In this document: positions 40,756 to 54,220 of the stretch, piece by piece
How positions within the stretch are numbered: the first letter of the stretch is position 1
How the letters are laid out: each line of letters begins with the position of its first letter
Position numbers and translations under genes: made by a program
Notes under the pieces: generated by a model
Databases searched by the model: none
What the model was told of the DNA's origin: nothing
The model's input: the letters and a program-made list of their open reading frames with translations, nothing else
From: an uncultured Pelagibacteraceae bacterium
Lineage (GTDB): Bacteria; Pseudomonadota; Alphaproteobacteria; Pelagibacterales; Pelagibacteraceae
DNA length: 64,000 bases
Assembly (NCBI GenBank): GCA_902556855.1
Contig: CACDXJ010000003.1
Coordinates: 5,643 to 69,642 of the forward strand
Reading direction: 5' to 3'

Positions 40756-42594
40756 TTATTCGTGAAAATAATCATATATTTTCTTTGCTATGTTGTCTTC
40801 TATTCCTTCTACTGATTTTAAATCTTCAAAGCTTGCAGACTCAACAGCACGTGCAGACCCAAAATGATTTAATAAAGCTCTTTTTCTTTGTTTTCCAACC
40901 CCTTGGATTTGATCTAATAGAGATTTACTAAGGTTTTTCTTTCTTTTAGCTCTGTGAGTGCTTATAGCAAATCTGTGAGCCTCATCCCTCAGCCTTTGTA
41001 TGAAAAATAATAATGGATCATTTTTTTCTAAAATATACTCTTTACTTTGATAATAGATTTTTTCCTCTCCGGCATTTCTTTTTTTCCCTTTTGCCACCGC
41101 TATAATTGGCAAGTCATGTAATCCTAATTCATTTAAAACTTCTCTAGATGCAGAGTATTGCCCTTTTCCACCATCTATCATTATTAAATCCGGCAATGAC
41201 AATGACCCAGATTTTTCTTTAATCGCTTTTGAAAATCTTCTAAACAAAACCTCTTTCATCATCCCATAATCATCATTTTTCACCTTTTCATCTTTAATAT
41301 TGAATTTTCTGTATCTTTTCTTAACAAAACCTTCATTACCGAAACAAATTAATGATCCGACGGAATCAGTTCCTTGTATGTGGCTATTATCGTAAACTTC
41401 TATTAATTCAATATTATTATTAATATTAAATTTAGATGCCAATTCTTCAATAAGATTATTATTAGTATCAGATTGAATGAGTTTTTGTTTTAAAGATTGT
41501 TTTGCATTTTTTTCTGCAAGATTTGAAATACTTATCTCATTTTTACTTTTTGCCTGCTTAATAATAATATCTTTTTTGTCTTTCTCAGAGAATGTTTTCT
41601 CAATAAGTTTTTTGTCTTTTACTTCACAATTAGTCAGTATAAGCCTTGGAATTGTTTTGTTTTCGTAAAATTGCGATATAAAAGAACTTATTATATCTTC
41701 CACACTGTCATCCGGATCATGTTTAGGATAGAAAGCTTGATTACCCCAGTTTTGTTTTGATCTAAAAAAAAACACCTGAACACAGGTTTTTCCTGTTTCT
41801 TTATAAATACTTATAACATCAGCTTCTGTTAAATTTGTCTGATTTATTTTTTGAGAAGTTTGTATTTGAGTTAACGCTTTTATTCTATCTCTAGCTATAG
41901 CTGCTTTTTCATAATTCAAATCTTTACTAGCTTTTTCCATTTCTTTAGATAAATTTTTCTGAATTCTTCTGGATTTACCTGAAATAAAATCAATAGCGTC
42001 AGCTACAGTAGACTCATAATCTTTCTCATTTATATGTCCAACACACGGAGCTGAACACCGTTTAATCTGGTACAATATACATGGTCTCTCTCTATTTTTA
42101 AAAACGGTATCATCACAGACTCTTAAAAGAAAAATTTTTTGTAAAATTTTAATTGTCCAATTAGCGGATCCAATTGATGCAAATGGACCAAAATAATATC
42201 CCGTTTTTGATTTCTTCCCCCTTAACTTCGTAAGTTGTGGCCACTTATCTTTATTTCCAATATAAATATAAGGAAAAGATTTGTCATCTCGCAAAAGGAT
42301 ATTGTATCGAGGTTTATATTTTTTTATTAAATTTGCTTCCAATAGAAGAGCCTCACTCTCATTGCTTGTAGTAGTGGTTTCAAGGTTGTGCGTAAGTGAA
42401 AGCATCCTTTCAGTTCTAATAGGAAGATTAGACTCAGTCACATAACTTTTAAGTCTGTTTGGGATATTTTTAGCTTTACCAATATATAGAATTTCACCAG
42501 TAGAACTAATCATTTTGTAAACACCGGGGTTTTTTGGTATTAGCGGTATTTTTTCTTTTATTACTTTTTTTCCTAAATCTAAACTATTCATCAT
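40756..42594 (-). CDS. uvrC: excinuclease ABC subunit C
   Basis: PGVY..., [36 protein letters not shown]. Confidence 0.97.
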   Translation of the reverse strand: MMNSLDLGKKVIKEKIPLIPKNPGVYKMISSTGEILYIGKAKNIPNRLKSYVTESNLPIRTERMLSLTHNLETTTTSNESEALLLEANLIKKYKPRYNILLRDDKSFPYIYIGNKDKWPQLTKLRGKKSKTGYYFGPFASIGSANWTIKILQKIFLLRVCDDTVFKNRERPCILYQIKRCSAPCVGHINEKDYESTVADAIDFISGKSRRIQKNLSKEMEKASKDLNYEKAAIARDRIKALTQIQTSQKINQTNLTEADVISIYKETGKTCVQVFFFRSKQNWGNQAFYPKHDPDDSVEDIISSFISQFYENKTIPRLILTNCEVKDKKLIEKTFSEKDKKDIIIKQAKSKNEISISNLAEKNAKQSLKQKLIQSDTNNNLIEELASKFNINNNIELIEVYDNSHIQGTDSVGSLICFGNEGFVKKRYRKFNIKDEKVKNDDYGMMKEVLFRRFSKAIKEKSGSLSLPDLIMIDGGKGQYSASREVLNELGLHDLPIIAVAKGKKRNAGEEKIYYQSKEYILEKNDPLLFFIQRLRDEAHRFAISTHRAKRKKNLSKSLLDQIQGVGKQRKRALLNHFGSARAVESASFEDLKSVEGIEDNIAKKIYDYFHE

Positions 42595-42986
42595 ACTTTT
42601 GATTTTGATACCTCGATACCAACAGATTTAGTTTTCTTTAAGATATCTAACTTTTCTATCTTAAGATTAATCTTTTTAACAAGTTTATTTTTGAATATCA
42701 TATTAAAAATATTTTCTGCTAAGTCTTCAAGTAACTCATGGTGTTTTAGATAAGTAATTTTCTCAATTTTACTAACAATTTCCTCATAATTAAGAATAGA
42801 ATTCAAATCTTTGTTATTTGGAGTTACATATGGATTTGTTAAAATTTCGATATTAAATTTTACTCTTTGTCTCTCTCTCTTTTCAAAATTGTGTATTCCT
42901 ATAGAAATATTTAAGATTAAATCTTTTATAATTACTTTTCTTTTATACTTAAATTTTTCTTTTTTCTTAAATTTAATTATTTTCAT
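42591..42986 (-). CDS. folB: dihydroneopterin aldolase family protein
   Basis: [24 protein letters not shown]. Confidence 0.82.
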   Translation of the reverse strand: MKIIKFKKKEKFKYKRKVIIKDLILNISIGIHNFEKRERQRVKFNIEILTNPYVTPNNKDLNSILNYEEIVSKIEKITYLKHHELLEDLAENIFNMIFKNKLVKKINLKIEKLDILKKTKSVGIEVSKSKV

Positions 42987-43738
42987 TCTTTTGTATTAAT
43001 AATATCTGGTGTTTGCCAAGCAAGTCTTTGTCCGCTATCGATATTTATTATTTCTCCAGTTATACTTTTATTTTTAATAAGAAACTTTACTCCGTTACAT
43101 ATGTTTTCTAAATCTACTTTTTTTCTTAAGAGCGTAGATTTCCATTGTTTTTTGAAATGCGTTTCAGATTGTCTTTTGTTTTTTAGAGTTGGTCCGGGCG
43201 AGATGCCATTCACTCTTATGTAAGGCGCTAATTTCATGGCTGATGTTTTTGTAAAGGTGGCCAATGAAGACTTACTTAAAGTATAAGAGAAAAAAAAGGG
43301 AGTTAATTTTTCAACTCTTTGATCAATAATATTAATGATGCATCCCTCTCTGTTTTTAACTAATCTTTTAAAATTCCGCGTTAAGATGGCTGGTGCTTTT
43401 AAGTTGATATTCATATGTTTTGTAAAGGATTTTTCAGAAAAATTTTCAAGATTATCGTTTTCAAAAATGGATGCATTATTAATTAAACAATCTAATCCTT
43501 TAAGAGTTTTATAAGCCTTTTTTATTAAAGTTTCGGTTTGTTTTAAATTATTTAAATCAGCTTTAAATAAGTATGCCTCAGCCCCAAGGTTTTCTAACTC
43601 TTTTTTTAATTTTAAAGCGCTACTTCTAGATTTGTTAAAGTGGATACCTATTTTTGTTTCAAAGCTTACTAAACTTTTAGCGATTGCAGACCCTATTCTA
43701 GTAGCTCCACCCGTGATAACTATTTTTTTGGCTTCCAT
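42983..43738 (-). CDS. SDR oxidoreductase, pteridine reductase/FolM-like
   Basis: TGGATRIG (Arg typical of pteridine reductases), NNASIF, IIDQR, YTLSK. Confidence 0.82.
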   Translation of the reverse strand: MEAKKIVITGGATRIGSAIAKSLVSFETKIGIHFNKSRSSALKLKKELENLGAEAYLFKADLNNLKQTETLIKKAYKTLKGLDCLINNASIFENDNLENFSEKSFTKHMNINLKAPAILTRNFKRLVKNREGCIINIIDQRVEKLTPFFFSYTLSKSSLATFTKTSAMKLAPYIRVNGISPGPTLKNKRQSETHFKKQWKSTLLRKKVDLENICNGVKFLIKNKSITGEIINIDSGQRLAWQTPDIINTKE

Positions 43739-45891
43739 TTTTTTATTGCTTTTCTTGGTTTTGTGCCAGGCATACCCATAGTTGATCTTCCTTTTGGATA
43801 AACCTTACTTTTTAAATTATATTGGGATATCTTAGGATTTAAAGTTATTTCAAGTTCACTAGCTTCTAATTTTCTCATTTCATCCCTTAGTTTAGCAGCC
43901 TCTTCAAACTCTAAATTAGATGCAGCTTCCTTCATTTTTCTGTTTAAAGCTTTAAGATGTTTTTTTAGATTTCCACCAACGTTTGAGCCTTCACTGATTT
44001 TAACGTAATCTTTTTCATAAACTGACTCTAAAATATCACTTATTTCTTTTTTAACTGACTCGGCAGTTATTCCATTTTTCTTATTATATTCTAATTGTTT
44101 ATTTCTTCTTCTTTCTGTTTCCTTCATTGCTTTTTCAATGCTCTTCGTGACTTTATCAGCATATAAAATTACTTTACCATCAACATTTCGAGCTGCTCTT
44201 CCAATAGTTTGAATTAAAGAAGTTTCAGATCTTAAAAATCCCTCTTTATCGGCATCTAAAATTGCTACCAGAGCACATTCGGGAATATCTAATCCTTCTC
44301 TTAGCAAATTGATTCCTACAAGAATATCAAACACGCCCATCCTCAAATCTCTTATGATCTCAATTCTTTCAAGTGTATCAATATCAGAATGCATATATCT
44401 TACTTTAAGACCATTTTCATGAAGATACTCTGTAAGATCTTCAGCCATCTTTTTTGTCAGTGTTGTAGCAAGTACTCTATATCCCTTTTTAACAATCTCT
44501 TTTGACTCATGCATAAGATCATCAACTTGAGTTTTTGCTGGCCTTATTTCAACTGGTGGGTCTATTAAACCTGTTGGCCTTATAATTTGATCAATATATT
44601 TATTACTTGTTTGTTTTAGTTCCCAAGGTCCTGGAGTAGCAGAGACAAAAACTGTTTGTGTTCTCATTAAATCCCACTCCTCAAATTTTAAAGGTCTATT
44701 ATCCATGCATGACGGGAGTCTGAACCCATATTCAGCTAAAGTGCTTTTTCTTGTTCGGTCACCTTTATACATTCCATTTAATTGAGGGACTGTTACGTGA
44801 CTTTCGTCTACAAATATAATTGCGTTATCTGGAAAATACTCAAATAGAGTAGGAGGTGGCTCACCAGCTTTTCTTCCTGATAAAAATCTTGAATAATTTT
44901 CTATCCCTGCACAAGTTCCTGTAGCTTCAATCATTTCTAGATCAAACTTAGTTCGTTCTCTTAATCGCTGTTCCTCTAAAAGTTTATTATTTTCTCTATG
45001 TTTTTTTAAAGTTTCAGCTAATTCAGATTTAATTTGTTTAATTGCTTGTTCGATAGTTGGTTTAGGAGTTATGTAATGACTATTAGCGTAAATTTTTATA
45101 ATTGAGTAATCATTTGTCTTATCTCCAGTAAGTGGGTCGAATTCTTCAATTTTTTCCAATTTATTTAAATTAAAACTTATTCTCCAAGCTCTATCTTCTA
45201 AGTGTGATGGGAAGATCTCTAAATTTTCTCCTCTTACTCGAAAGGTTCCTCTAAAAAAATTTTGATCATTTCTTTTATACTGTAAGTTTATGAAAGCCCT
45301 TAATAAATCATCTCGTTCATACTCATAATTCTTTTTCAAAGTGATAGTCATTTTTGAGTAGGCTTCTACAGAACCTAAACCATAAATGCATGATACACTC
45401 GCAACAATAATCACATCATCTCTTTCCAACAAAGATCTTGTTGCGGAGTGTCTCATTCGATCAATTTGCTCATTTATTGAAGCCTCTTTTTCGATGTAAG
45501 TATCGGATCTTGGAACGTATGCTTCTGGGGTGTAGTAATCGTAATACGACACAAAATATTCTACAGCATTTTCCGGGAAAAAACTTTTAAACTCTCCGTA
45601 CAATTGAGCTGCTAAGGTTTTATTTGGTGCTAGAATCAGAGCTGGCCTATTAGCCTTTTCAATAACTTTTGCCATTGTAAAAGTTTTGCCCGATCCTGTA
45701 ACTCCCAAAAGCACTTGTTCTTGTTTATTATCTTTTAAGTTTTTTAATATTTGCTTTATAGCCTCTGGTTGGTCACCGCTAGGTTGAAAATCACTTTTAA
45801 TTTTGAAGTTAATACCTCCCTCTAACTTCTTAATTTTTTTTGAGTTATTAACTTCTAGATCAGCTAATTTTTCTTGATAAGTATTTTGCAT
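43720..45891 (-). CDS. uvrB: excinuclease ABC subunit B
   Basis: [40 protein letters not shown]. Confidence 0.98.
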   Translation of the reverse strand: MQNTYQEKLADLEVNNSKKIKKLEGGINFKIKSDFQPSGDQPEAIKQILKNLKDNKQEQVLLGVTGSGKTFTMAKVIEKANRPALILAPNKTLAAQLYGEFKSFFPENAVEYFVSYYDYYTPEAYVPRSDTYIEKEASINEQIDRMRHSATRSLLERDDVIIVASVSCIYGLGSVEAYSKMTITLKKNYEYERDDLLRAFINLQYKRNDQNFFRGTFRVRGENLEIFPSHLEDRAWRISFNLNKLEKIEEFDPLTGDKTNDYSIIKIYANSHYITPKPTIEQAIKQIKSELAETLKKHRENNKLLEEQRLRERTKFDLEMIEATGTCAGIENYSRFLSGRKAGEPPPTLFEYFPDNAIIFVDESHVTVPQLNGMYKGDRTRKSTLAEYGFRLPSCMDNRPLKFEEWDLMRTQTVFVSATPGPWELKQTSNKYIDQIIRPTGLIDPPVEIRPAKTQVDDLMHESKEIVKKGYRVLATTLTKKMAEDLTEYLHENGLKVRYMHSDIDTLERIEIIRDLRMGVFDILVGINLLREGLDIPECALVAILDADKEGFLRSETSLIQTIGRAARNVDGKVILYADKVTKSIEKAMKETERRRNKQLEYNKKNGITAESVKKEISDILESVYEKDYVKISEGSNVGGNLKKHLKALNRKMKEAASNLEFEEAAKLRDEMRKLEASELEITLNPKISQYNLKSKVYPKGRSTMGMPGTKPRKAIKKWKPKK

Positions 45892-45929
45892 TTTGTGTTA
45901 ATAATAAATTAATTATATTATAAATTTCA

Positions 45930-47117
45930 ATGAGCATAGTTTCCAATAGTTTAAAACGTATAAAACCGTCGCCTACAATAGCAGTCACCTCAAAAGCTAG
46001 GGAAATGAGAGCTGCCGGAAAGGATGTTATCGGTTTAGGGGCTGGAGAGCCTGATTTTGATACCCCAGATAATATTAAAGAAGCAGCGATTGAAGCGATT
46101 AGAAAAGGTGATACAAAATATACTGCAGTAGATGGAACCCCAGCTTTAAAAAAAGCTATCCAAGCAAAATTTTCTAGGGAAAATGATTTATCATATGAGC
46201 TTGACCAAATTTCAGTCGGCACTGGTGGAAAGCAAGTTTTATATAATGCTTTAATGGCAACTATAAATAAAGGTGACGAAGTAATAATTCCTGCACCTTA
46301 TTGGGTTTCCTATCCCGACATTGTTTTGTTAGCCGGAGGAAAGCCCAAAATAGTAAAGTGTGATGAAAAAAATAATTTTAAATTAACACCAGAAAAATTA
46401 ATAAAAGCAGTTTCAAAGAAAACAAAGTGGATAATTATAAACTCTCCATCTAACCCTACAGGCTCTGGTTATACAAAAGATGAGATAATAGCTTTATCGA
46501 AGATTTTAATAAAACATAAAAATTTATTTATTTTAAGCGATGATATTTACGAACATATTACTTATGACGGATTTAAATTTTTTACAATCGCGCAAATTGA
46601 AAAATTAAAAAGCAGAACTTTGACAATGAATGGAGTGAGTAAATCTTACTCAATGACTGGCTGGAGAATAGGCTACGCTGCAGGTCCAAAAGATATAATT
46701 AAAGCAATGGCTAAAATTCAATCCCAATCAACTAGTAATCCTACATCCATAAGTCAAGCAGCTGCAGTCGAGGCTTTAAATGGAACACAAGACTTTATTA
46801 CAGAAAGATCAAATTCTTTTAAAGAAAGAAGAAATTTTGTTGTTGATAGTTTAAATAATATAAAAGGTATAAGCTGTTTAAGTCCTGAAGGAGCTTTTTA
46901 TGTATTTCCAAACTGCAAAAAATTACTAAACAAGAAAACAAAACTTAAAACTGATAAAGATTTTGTAGAAAAATTGTTAGAAAAAGCTGAGGTAGCTGTG
47001 GTTCAAGGTTCTGCCTTTGGTTTGGAAGGTTATTTTAGGATATCTTACGCTACCTCAATGGAAAATTTGAAAAAAGCAATGAAAAGAATTAAAACTTTTT
47101 GTGATAGCCTTAATTAG
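45930..47117 (+). CDS. aspC: aspartate aminotransferase (class I PLP)
   Basis: GEPDFDTP, NSPSNPTG, DDIYEH, SKSYSMTGWRIG. Confidence 0.9.
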   Translation: MSIVSNSLKRIKPSPTIAVTSKAREMRAAGKDVIGLGAGEPDFDTPDNIKEAAIEAIRKGDTKYTAVDGTPALKKAIQAKFSRENDLSYELDQISVGTGGKQVLYNALMATINKGDEVIIPAPYWVSYPDIVLLAGGKPKIVKCDEKNNFKLTPEKLIKAVSKKTKWIIINSPSNPTGSGYTKDEIIALSKILIKHKNLFILSDDIYEHITYDGFKFFTIAQIEKLKSRTLTMNGVSKSYSMTGWRIGYAAGPKDIIKAMAKIQSQSTSNPTSISQAAAVEALNGTQDFITERSNSFKERRNFVVDSLNNIKGISCLSPEGAFYVFPNCKKLLNKKTKLKTDKDFVEKLLEKAEVAVVQGSAFGLEGYFRISYATSMENLKKAMKRIKTFCDSLN

Positions 47118-48060
47118 ATTCAGAGAGATATTTTTCAGCTTCAAGTGCTGACATACAACCCATTCCAGCAGCTGTAACAGCTTGTCTAAAAATTTTATCC
47201 TTTACATCTCCAGCAGCAAAAACTCCTGGAATATTCGTTTCAGTAGAGTCAGGTTTTGTAATTAAATACCCCTCTTTGTCCATTTTAAGTTGATCTTTAA
47301 ATAAAGATGTAGCTGGATCATGACCTATGGCAATAAATAAACCATCAACTTTAAGATCTTTAACTTTATTATCTTTTACATTTTTAATTTTTAGTGCATT
47401 AACAGTTTTTGGCTCTTTTGTTCCAATAACATCTTCAACTACTGTATCCCAAATAATTTCTATTTTCTTATTAGATTTTAATTTTGATTGAAGCATTTTT
47501 TCTGCTCTAAGTTCGTTTCTCCTATGTATTAAATAAACCTTTGAAGCAAATTTAGTTAGAAACATTGCCTCTTCAACGGCGGCATTTCCTCCACCAACTA
47601 CTGCCACTTCTTTCTCTTTAAAGAAAAATCCGTCACAAGTCGCGCATGCCGAAACTCCAAATCCTCTAAACTCTTGTTCAGATTTTAAATTCAACCATCT
47701 TGCTTGCGCTCCTGTTGAAATTATAAAACTATCTGCAGTGTAAACCTGACCACTATCACCTTTTGCTGTAAAAGGTTTTTTTGTTAAATCAACTTCACTT
47801 ATATGATCTTGTATCATCTCTGTGCCCACAGCTTCTGCTTGGCCTTTCATTTCTTCCATTAGCCATGGCCCCTGAATCACTTTTGAATATCCAGGGTAAT
47901 TTTCAACATCTGTAGTGGTAGTTAATTGTCCTCCGGGTTGAGAACCATGAACAAGTATCGGTTTAAGCATGGCTCTGGCCGCATAAATAGCTGCTGTATA
48001 GCCAGCAGGGCCAGATCCAAGAATTAACACTTTTGTGTGTTTTGTTGATTTATTATTCAT
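47110..48060 (-). CDS. trxB: thioredoxin reductase (probable start 48060)
   Basis: GSGPAGYTAA, CATCDG, GGGNAA, AAGDV. Confidence 0.96.
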   Translation of the reverse strand: MNNKSTKHTKVLILGSGPAGYTAAIYAARAMLKPILVHGSQPGGQLTTTTDVENYPGYSKVIQGPWLMEEMKGQAEAVGTEMIQDHISEVDLTKKPFTAKGDSGQVYTADSFIISTGAQARWLNLKSEQEFRGFGVSACATCDGFFFKEKEVAVVGGGNAAVEEAMFLTKFASKVYLIHRRNELRAEKMLQSKLKSNKKIEIIWDTVVEDVIGTKEPKTVNALKIKNVKDNKVKDLKVDGLFIAIGHDPATSLFKDQLKMDKEGYLITKPDSTETNIPGVFAAGDVKDKIFRQAVTAAGMGCMSALEAEKYLSESN

Positions 48061-48083
48061 TATGTAAAGGTATATAGTAACTA

Positions 48084-49037
48084 ATGTTAGAATTAAAAGC
48101 ACTTCTTTTAACGCAAGGTATGCACGGCATGGTTAGTCAAGTAGAGGGATTGGCTAAAGCTTTGGGCCTGAGTTATAAACACCAAAAAATAGAATTAAAA
48201 TCTTTTTGGAATTTTATTCCTCCAAAAATCAGCCCAATATCAGAAAATTTGGTAAAAAATAAATTCGTATGTGATTGTAAAGTTATTATATCGTGTGGAA
48301 GAAAAAGTGTCATACCATCAATAGCTTTAAAAAAAAGATTAGGTAATCAAATTTTCAATATTCACATACAAGATCCCAAAGTTTCTTTTGAATACTTCGA
48401 CCTTATAGTAAGTCCAGAGCATGACAATTTAAAAGGAGAAAATATAATTAACACTACAGGAGCCATACATTATCTTAATAAAAAAGAAATTAATGAGAAT
48501 TCAAAATATCTTGGAATTGAAAAAGACAAGAGAAGAGACTTAGTTGCATTTATAATAGGCGGACCAAATAAATACTATAATTATTCAGAAAAACAAATTC
48601 ATGAACTTTTTAACAAAGTTAAGACTTTGTTTACTCCAGATAAATTTAAAATTATCGTTATTCCCTCATACAGAACCCCTGAAAATATTTTAAAAATAGC
48701 ATTTAACACCTTTAGTATTAATCATCATGTGGTAAAAAATATTGATAAAAAAGCTTATCTTTCTGCATTAGCAATCTCAAATTATATAGTTGTAACCTGC
48801 GACTCCACGTCAATGATTTCAGAAGCTGCTATGACTGGAAAACCTGTTTATATTGCCATGATGAAGTCTTTTAAGCCAACTGGTAGGTTTAAAAAATTTT
48901 ATTCACAATTGAAAGATTTAGGTATAACAAGAGAATTAGAAGATAGGGTTGAAAATTGGAGTTATAATAGTCTAAATGAAGTAAACAGAATTGCTCCGAT
49001 TGTAAAAGCAAAAATGAAAAAAAATGGAATTATTTAA
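48084..49037 (+). CDS. ELM1/GtrOC1 family putative glycosyltransferase
   Basis: G..SQ..GLA.AL, ISCGRK, IQDPK...FDLIV.PEHD, IGG, VTCDSTSMISEA..TGKPV. Confidence 0.82.
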   Translation: MLELKALLLTQGMHGMVSQVEGLAKALGLSYKHQKIELKSFWNFIPPKISPISENLVKNKFVCDCKVIISCGRKSVIPSIALKKRLGNQIFNIHIQDPKVSFEYFDLIVSPEHDNLKGENIINTTGAIHYLNKKEINENSKYLGIEKDKRRDLVAFIIGGPNKYYNYSEKQIHELFNKVKTLFTPDKFKIIVIPSYRTPENILKIAFNTFSINHHVVKNIDKKAYLSALAISNYIVVTCDSTSMISEAAMTGKPVYIAMMKSFKPTGRFKKFYSQLKDLGITRELEDRVENWSYNSLNEVNRIAPIVKAKMKKNGII

Positions 49038-49689
49038 ATCATTAGAACAAAGGACTAAATTATTTAGCGATCCTTTTAAACACTTTGAAATCAACCAGCC
49101 ATTAACACAAAATGCTATTGATGAAATCTGTAGTGCAGAGATAGCTGATCCCAGAAAACAAAATTTAAATTATGATGGAACAAGAGCTCTTGATGGAGGA
49201 GAGGGAGCCTTTCGAGCTGGAATTATAGATGGTGGTAAAGCAAAAAAACTTCGATGTTATGTTACTAAAGAAAACTCTAATCAATTTCCAAATTTAACAA
49301 AATTTATAGAAGAATTAAGATCACCTGATGTTTATAAAAAGATTGGATCATTAATTGGAAAAGATTTGAGTAATTCTTATGTAAGGCTAGAGGTAATTTG
49401 TGATAGAGAAGGTTTTTGGTTAAAGCCTCATTGCGATATTGAGGAAAAATTAATGTCATCAATAGTTTTTGTTAATTTACATAATGAGTCAGAGAATTTA
49501 GGAACTGATTTTTATGACGCAAAATTGAACAAAGTTAAAACTGTTCCTTATAAACATAATTATGGATACTTCTTTACCAGCGGACCAAACACTTGGCATG
49601 GAATGGAAAAAAAAGAGATTAAAAAAGAGAGAAGATGTATTCAAATAAATTATGTTACATTTGAAACTGATTGGAAAGTTAAAAGTTAA
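49024..49689 (+). CDS. 2OG-Fe(II) oxygenase family protein
   Basis: FWLKPHCD (HxD), distal TWHG, RR..QINYV. Confidence 0.8.
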   Translation: MELFKSLEQRTKLFSDPFKHFEINQPLTQNAIDEICSAEIADPRKQNLNYDGTRALDGGEGAFRAGIIDGGKAKKLRCYVTKENSNQFPNLTKFIEELRSPDVYKKIGSLIGKDLSNSYVRLEVICDREGFWLKPHCDIEEKLMSSIVFVNLHNESENLGTDFYDAKLNKVKTVPYKHNYGYFFTSGPNTWHGMEKKEIKKERRCIQINYVTFETDWKVKS

Positions 49690-52600
49690 AGATCTTGTAA
49701 AGAAGTAACGCTGATATCTCTCAATTTAAGAGATTTAATACCTTCCAAACAAACCTTGGCTGTCGACATATTCGTGCAATATGGAACTTTGTTAGCTAAC
49801 GTAGCCCTTCTTAAAGCTACCGCATCGCTCAACTGAGCTTCACTATTTCCGCCACCTGTATTAATTACTAATGCTATTTTTTTAGTATTTAGAATATCAA
49901 CAATATGAGGAGATCCCTGATTTACTTTATTAATTTTTTTACACTTAATCCCGTGTTTGGTAATATAATCGGCAGTGCCTCCGGTTCCACAAAGTGTGAA
50001 ATTTAATTTAATTAATTGTTTTGCTAATTGCACCCCCTCTTCTTTATGACTATTTTTTAAAGAGATAAAAGCTAAGCCTTTTTTAGGAAGAGAGTTTGAG
50101 GCTGCAATTTGACTCTTAGCAAAAGCCATCCCGAAATTTTTGTCAAAACCCATAACTTCACCTGTTGATTTCATTTCAGGACCAAGTAAAAGATCGCTGT
50201 TTGGGAATTTATTAAATGGAAATACTGCCTCTTTTACTGCAAACATATCTTTTGTTTTACTTTTTAAATTAAAATTAGTTAATTTTTCTCCCGCCATCAC
50301 TCTTGATGCTATCTTGGCGAGGGGTAAATTTTTTGCTTTCGAAACAAATGGCACAGTTCTACTTGCTCTAGGATTAACCTCAATTACATAAATCTTATCT
50401 TTTTTAATTGCATATTGAACATTCATGAAACCTTTAACTTTAAGTGCTAAAGCTAATTTTTTTGTTTGGTTTTCAATTTCTTTAATCAAAAAAGGTTTTA
50501 TTGATACCGGAGGTAAGCTACATGCTGAGTCACCTGAGTGGATACCTGCTTCTTCAATGTGTTGCATAATACCGGCTACGAAAACATTTTTACCGTCTGA
50601 TATTGCATCAACATCAACTTCCATTGCATTATCAATAAACTTATCAATTAAAATTGGATTTTTTTCAGCGACTTTAAATGCTTCTTTTATAAAGTCTTTG
50701 AGTTGCCTTTTTTCATGAACAATCTCCATTGCTCTTCCACCTAAAACGTAAGATGGCCTTACCATCAGAGGCAATCCAATTTTATCCGCAACTTTTGTTG
50801 CTTGAGGAAAAGTTTTAGCTATACCACTTTCAGCTTGATTTAAATTAAGTTTATTTAAAAGATCTCTAAATCTATCTCTATCCTCAGCAAGATCAATCGA
50901 TGAATATTGAGTTCCTAAAATTGGAAGCTTGTTTTTGTGTAAAAATTTTGCAAGTTTTATAGGAGTTTGTCCTCCAAATTGAGTAATGACACCTTTTACA
51001 TTACCTTTTGATTTCTCTTTCTTTATAATATTGAAAACATATTCATCTATTAAAGGTTCAAAGTATAATCTGTCACTTGTATCGTAATCTGTTGACACGG
51101 TTTCAGGATTACAATTAACCATAATTGTTTCATATTTAGCTTCTTTTAGAGCAAAACTTGCTTGGCAACAGCAGTAATCAAATTCTATTCCTTGACCTAT
51201 TCTATTAGGGCCTCCTCCCAGTATTATAATTTTATTTTTACTAGAAGGATCGGCCTCACATTCTGAATTATAAGAGAAATTTCTTTGATAAGTAGAATAC
51301 ATATACGGAGTGAAAGACTTAAATTCTGCAGCACAAGTATCGACTTTTTTATAAACTGGTAAAACTTTCAAAGCAGTTCTTTTCTTTCTAATTAACGACT
51401 CCGAAATATTCGTAAGTTCAGATAATTTTTTATCAGAAAACCCTATCGACTTTATATAATTAAATTCATTGAAATTTTTAGGAAGACCTTTTTTCTTTAT
51501 TTTAATTTCATTTTCTATGATTTCTTTTATTTGATTTAAAAACCAAGGGTCAATTTTCGATAGTTTATTTATATCCTTTAAATTAATTTTTTTTCTTATA
51601 GCCTCTCCAACAAGTAATATCTTATTTGGAATATTTTCTTTAAGTTTTTGTCTAATTTGTTTTGTATTTAAATTAAATATTTGGTCTAAACCTGAGAAAC
51701 CTGTTTCCAGAGATACCAACGCTTTTTGAAGAGACTCTTTAAAATTTCTACCTATAGCCATTGCCTCTCCCACTGATTTCATTGAGGTTCCTAAAACTGC
51801 AGCTGAAGAGGAGAATTTTTCAAAAGTAAATCTTGGGATTTTAGTGACCACATAGTCTATTGTAGGCTCAAAAGATGCAGGCGTAACTTTTGTAATTTCA
51901 TTTTTTAGTTCATCTAAAGTATATCCAACAGCTAACTTCGCTGCTACTTTTGCTATTGGAAACCCAGTGGCCTTAGAAGCTAGCGCTGATGATCTTGAAA
52001 CCCTAGGGTTCATCTCAATGATTACCATTCTTCCATTTTTTGGATTTATTGCGAATTGAACATTTGACCCTCCTGTTTCCACACCAATTTTTCTCAGGCA
52101 AGCTATAGAGGCATTTCTCATTACTTGATACTCTTTGTCGGTCAAAGTTAATGCTGGAGCGATAGTAACAGAGTCCCCAGTATGTATTCCCATGGGATCT
52201 AAATTTTCTATTGAGCAAATAATAATACAATTGTCGTTTTTATCTCTGACAACTTCCATCTCAAATTCTTTCCATCCTTCTAAACACTCTTCAACTAAGA
52301 CTTGATTTACAGGTGACTCGTGAAGCCCATTTTTTATTATCTTATAAAAATCTTTTTTATTTTTTGCGATACCACCTCCCAAACCACCTAGAGTAAAAGC
52401 CGGTCTTATAATTGCCGGTAATCCGATTTGTTTTAATACTTTTGAAGATTGTTTAAAATTGTTTACTATTTTTGATTTGGGAAGATCTAAACCAATCTCT
52501 ATCATATTTTTTCTGAACTTTTTTCTATCTTCTGCATTGGAAATAGCTTTTGAATTAGCGCCTATAAGTTCAATTTTATATTTTTTAAGAACACCTTTTT

Positions 52601-52910
52601 TTTCTGCCTCCATTGCTAAATTTAAAGCAGTTTGACCACCCATGGTTGGCAAGATCGCATCAGGTTTTTCTTTGATAAGAATTTTTTCAAGAACTTCTAT
52701 TGTAATTGGCTCAATATAAGTTTTATCAGCGATGTTTGGATCTGTCATGATTGTTGCTGGATTTGAATTTATGAGAATTACTTTGAAACCTTCATCTTTT
52801 AAAGCTTTACAGGCTTGAGTTCCTGAATAATCAAATTCACAAGCTTGCCCAATAATAATTGGCCCCGCACCTACAACTAAAATTTTTTTAATATCTTTTC
52901 TTTTTGGCAT
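49686..52910 (-). CDS. carB: carbamoyl-phosphate synthase large subunit
   Basis: [27 protein letters not shown], duplicated ATP-grasp. Confidence 0.98.
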   Translation of the reverse strand: MPKRKDIKKILVVGAGPIIIGQACEFDYSGTQACKALKDEGFKVILINSNPATIMTDPNIADKTYIEPITIEVLEKILIKEKPDAILPTMGGQTALNLAMEAEKKGVLKKYKIELIGANSKAISNAEDRKKFRKNMIEIGLDLPKSKIVNNFKQSSKVLKQIGLPAIIRPAFTLGGLGGGIAKNKKDFYKIIKNGLHESPVNQVLVEECLEGWKEFEMEVVRDKNDNCIIICSIENLDPMGIHTGDSVTIAPALTLTDKEYQVMRNASIACLRKIGVETGGSNVQFAINPKNGRMVIIEMNPRVSRSSALASKATGFPIAKVAAKLAVGYTLDELKNEITKVTPASFEPTIDYVVTKIPRFTFEKFSSSAAVLGTSMKSVGEAMAIGRNFKESLQKALVSLETGFSGLDQIFNLNTKQIRQKLKENIPNKILLVGEAIRKKINLKDINKLSKIDPWFLNQIKEIIENEIKIKKKGLPKNFNEFNYIKSIGFSDKKLSELTNISESLIRKKRTALKVLPVYKKVDTCAAEFKSFTPYMYSTYQRNFSYNSECEADPSSKNKIIILGGGPNRIGQGIEFDYCCCQASFALKEAKYETIMVNCNPETVSTDYDTSDRLYFEPLIDEYVFNIIKKEKSKGNVKGVITQFGGQTPIKLAKFLHKNKLPILGTQYSSIDLAEDRDRFRDLLNKLNLNQAESGIAKTFPQATKVADKIGLPLMVRPSYVLGGRAMEIVHEKRQLKDFIKEAFKVAEKNPILIDKFIDNAMEVDVDAISDGKNVFVAGIMQHIEEAGIHSGDSACSLPPVSIKPFLIKEIENQTKKLALALKVKGFMNVQYAIKKDKIYVIEVNPRASRTVPFVSKAKNLPLAKIASRVMAGEKLTNFNLKSKTKDMFAVKEAVFPFNKFPNSDLLLGPEMKSTGEVMGFDKNFGMAFAKSQIAASNSLPKKGLAFISLKNSHKEEGVQLAKQLIKLNFTLCGTGGTADYITKHGIKCKKINKVNQGSPHIVDILNTKKIALVINTGGGNSEAQLSDAVALRRATLANKVPYCTNMSTAKVCLEGIKSLKLRDISVTSLQDL

Positions 52911-54096
52911 TTTTTTTCATACTCTTTACAAATTTATCAAATAAATAAACACTATCTTGAGGACCAGGGTTAGATTCTGGATGATATTGAACTGAGAAAA
53001 CGGGTTTATTTTTTAACTCGATACCTTCAATACTATTATCAAATAAAGACTGGTGAGTGACTCTAATATTTTTAGGCATACCTTTTTTTACTACTTCAAA
53101 TCCATGATTCTGACTTGTAATTTCAACATTTCCCTCAATCAAATTTTTAACAGGATGGTTAGCTCCTCTGTGCCCTAATTTCATTTTTTCTGTCTTAGCA
53201 CCGAGTGCCAAAGCTAGGATTTGATGGCCTAAACAGATTCCAAATAATGGTAACTTTTTTTTGATTAATTCTTGGATTGTCGGTATTGCATATTTCCCTG
53301 TCGCTGCAGGATCTCCGGGTCCATTTGATAAAAATATTCCATTAGGTTTGAGTTTTAGAATATCTTTTGCAGCTGTTTTGCATGGTACGATTGTAACTTT
53401 ACAATTAAAATCTGAAAAATATCTTAAAATATTTTTCTTAATTCCGTAATCTATGGCTACAACATGTAATATTTTTTTCTTATTTTTTAAATATCCATTT
53501 CCCTTTTCCCATGTTTTATAATCTTGCCACAAATAATTTTTCTTAGTAGTAACCATTTTTGCCAAATCTAAGTTTTTTAGGCCGCTCCATTTATTAGTTA
53601 TTTTAATTAGTTTTTTTATATTTAATTTATTTTTGTTATAAAAAGATATTGTCCCTTTAGGAGCACCTTTATCTCTAATTAAATTTGTTAAATTTCTAGT
53701 ATCAATTCCAGTTATTCCAACAATCTTATTTTTCTTTAACCATTGATCTAAATGTTTTAAAGATCTGTAATTTGATGGATTAGTTATCTCCGTATTTATT
53801 ATTACTCCTTTAGTCCAAATCTTATCTGACTCGTGATCTTCTTTATTAGTTCCAACATTTCCAACGTGCGGAAAGGTAAAATTTATAATCTGATCAGCAT
53901 AAGAGGGGTCAGATATAATTTCTTGGTAACCAGTAATAGAAGTATTAAAACATACTTCACCAGTTGCAGTGCCCATGTAACCTAAACCCACACCTTTAAA
54001 AAATTTACCATTTTGAAGAACCAAAATAGCAGTAGTATCGATCTTTTTAAGATTTTTTTTAGAGTTTATATTTTGACAAATCTTCTTCAAATACAA
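52888..54096 (-). CDS. carA: carbamoyl-phosphate synthase small subunit (start uncertain)
   Basis: GEVCFNT..TGYQE, SNGPGDP, GICLGHQ, QYHPE. Confidence 0.96.
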   Translation of the reverse strand: MYLKKICQNINSKKNLKKIDTTAILVLQNGKFFKGVGLGYMGTATGEVCFNTSITGYQEIISDPSYADQIINFTFPHVGNVGTNKEDHESDKIWTKGVIINTEITNPSNYRSLKHLDQWLKKNKIVGITGIDTRNLTNLIRDKGAPKGTISFYNKNKLNIKKLIKITNKWSGLKNLDLAKMVTTKKNYLWQDYKTWEKGNGYLKNKKKILHVVAIDYGIKKNILRYFSDFNCKVTIVPCKTAAKDILKLKPNGIFLSNGPGDPAATGKYAIPTIQELIKKKLPLFGICLGHQILALALGAKTEKMKLGHRGANHPVKNLIEGNVEITSQNHGFEVVKKGMPKNIRVTHQSLFDNSIEGIELKNKPVFSVQYHPESNPGPQDSVYLFDKFVKSMKKNAKKKRY

Positions 54097-54220
54097 CTCA
54101 TGAGTTAAAGTAAAAAACTTATAAACATGATTTTGCGAAACATATGAAATAGAACCAAAATCGTCAAGAAAGTTCTTTTTATTTTATATAAGAATTGTGA
54201 TTAAAATAATAATTCAAAAT

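Noticed and set aside
45897-45912. CtrA-like TTAA-N7-TTAAC on the minus strand between uvrB and aspC
   Set aside because: Several chance matches are expected in 64 kb at this AT content; no supporting context.
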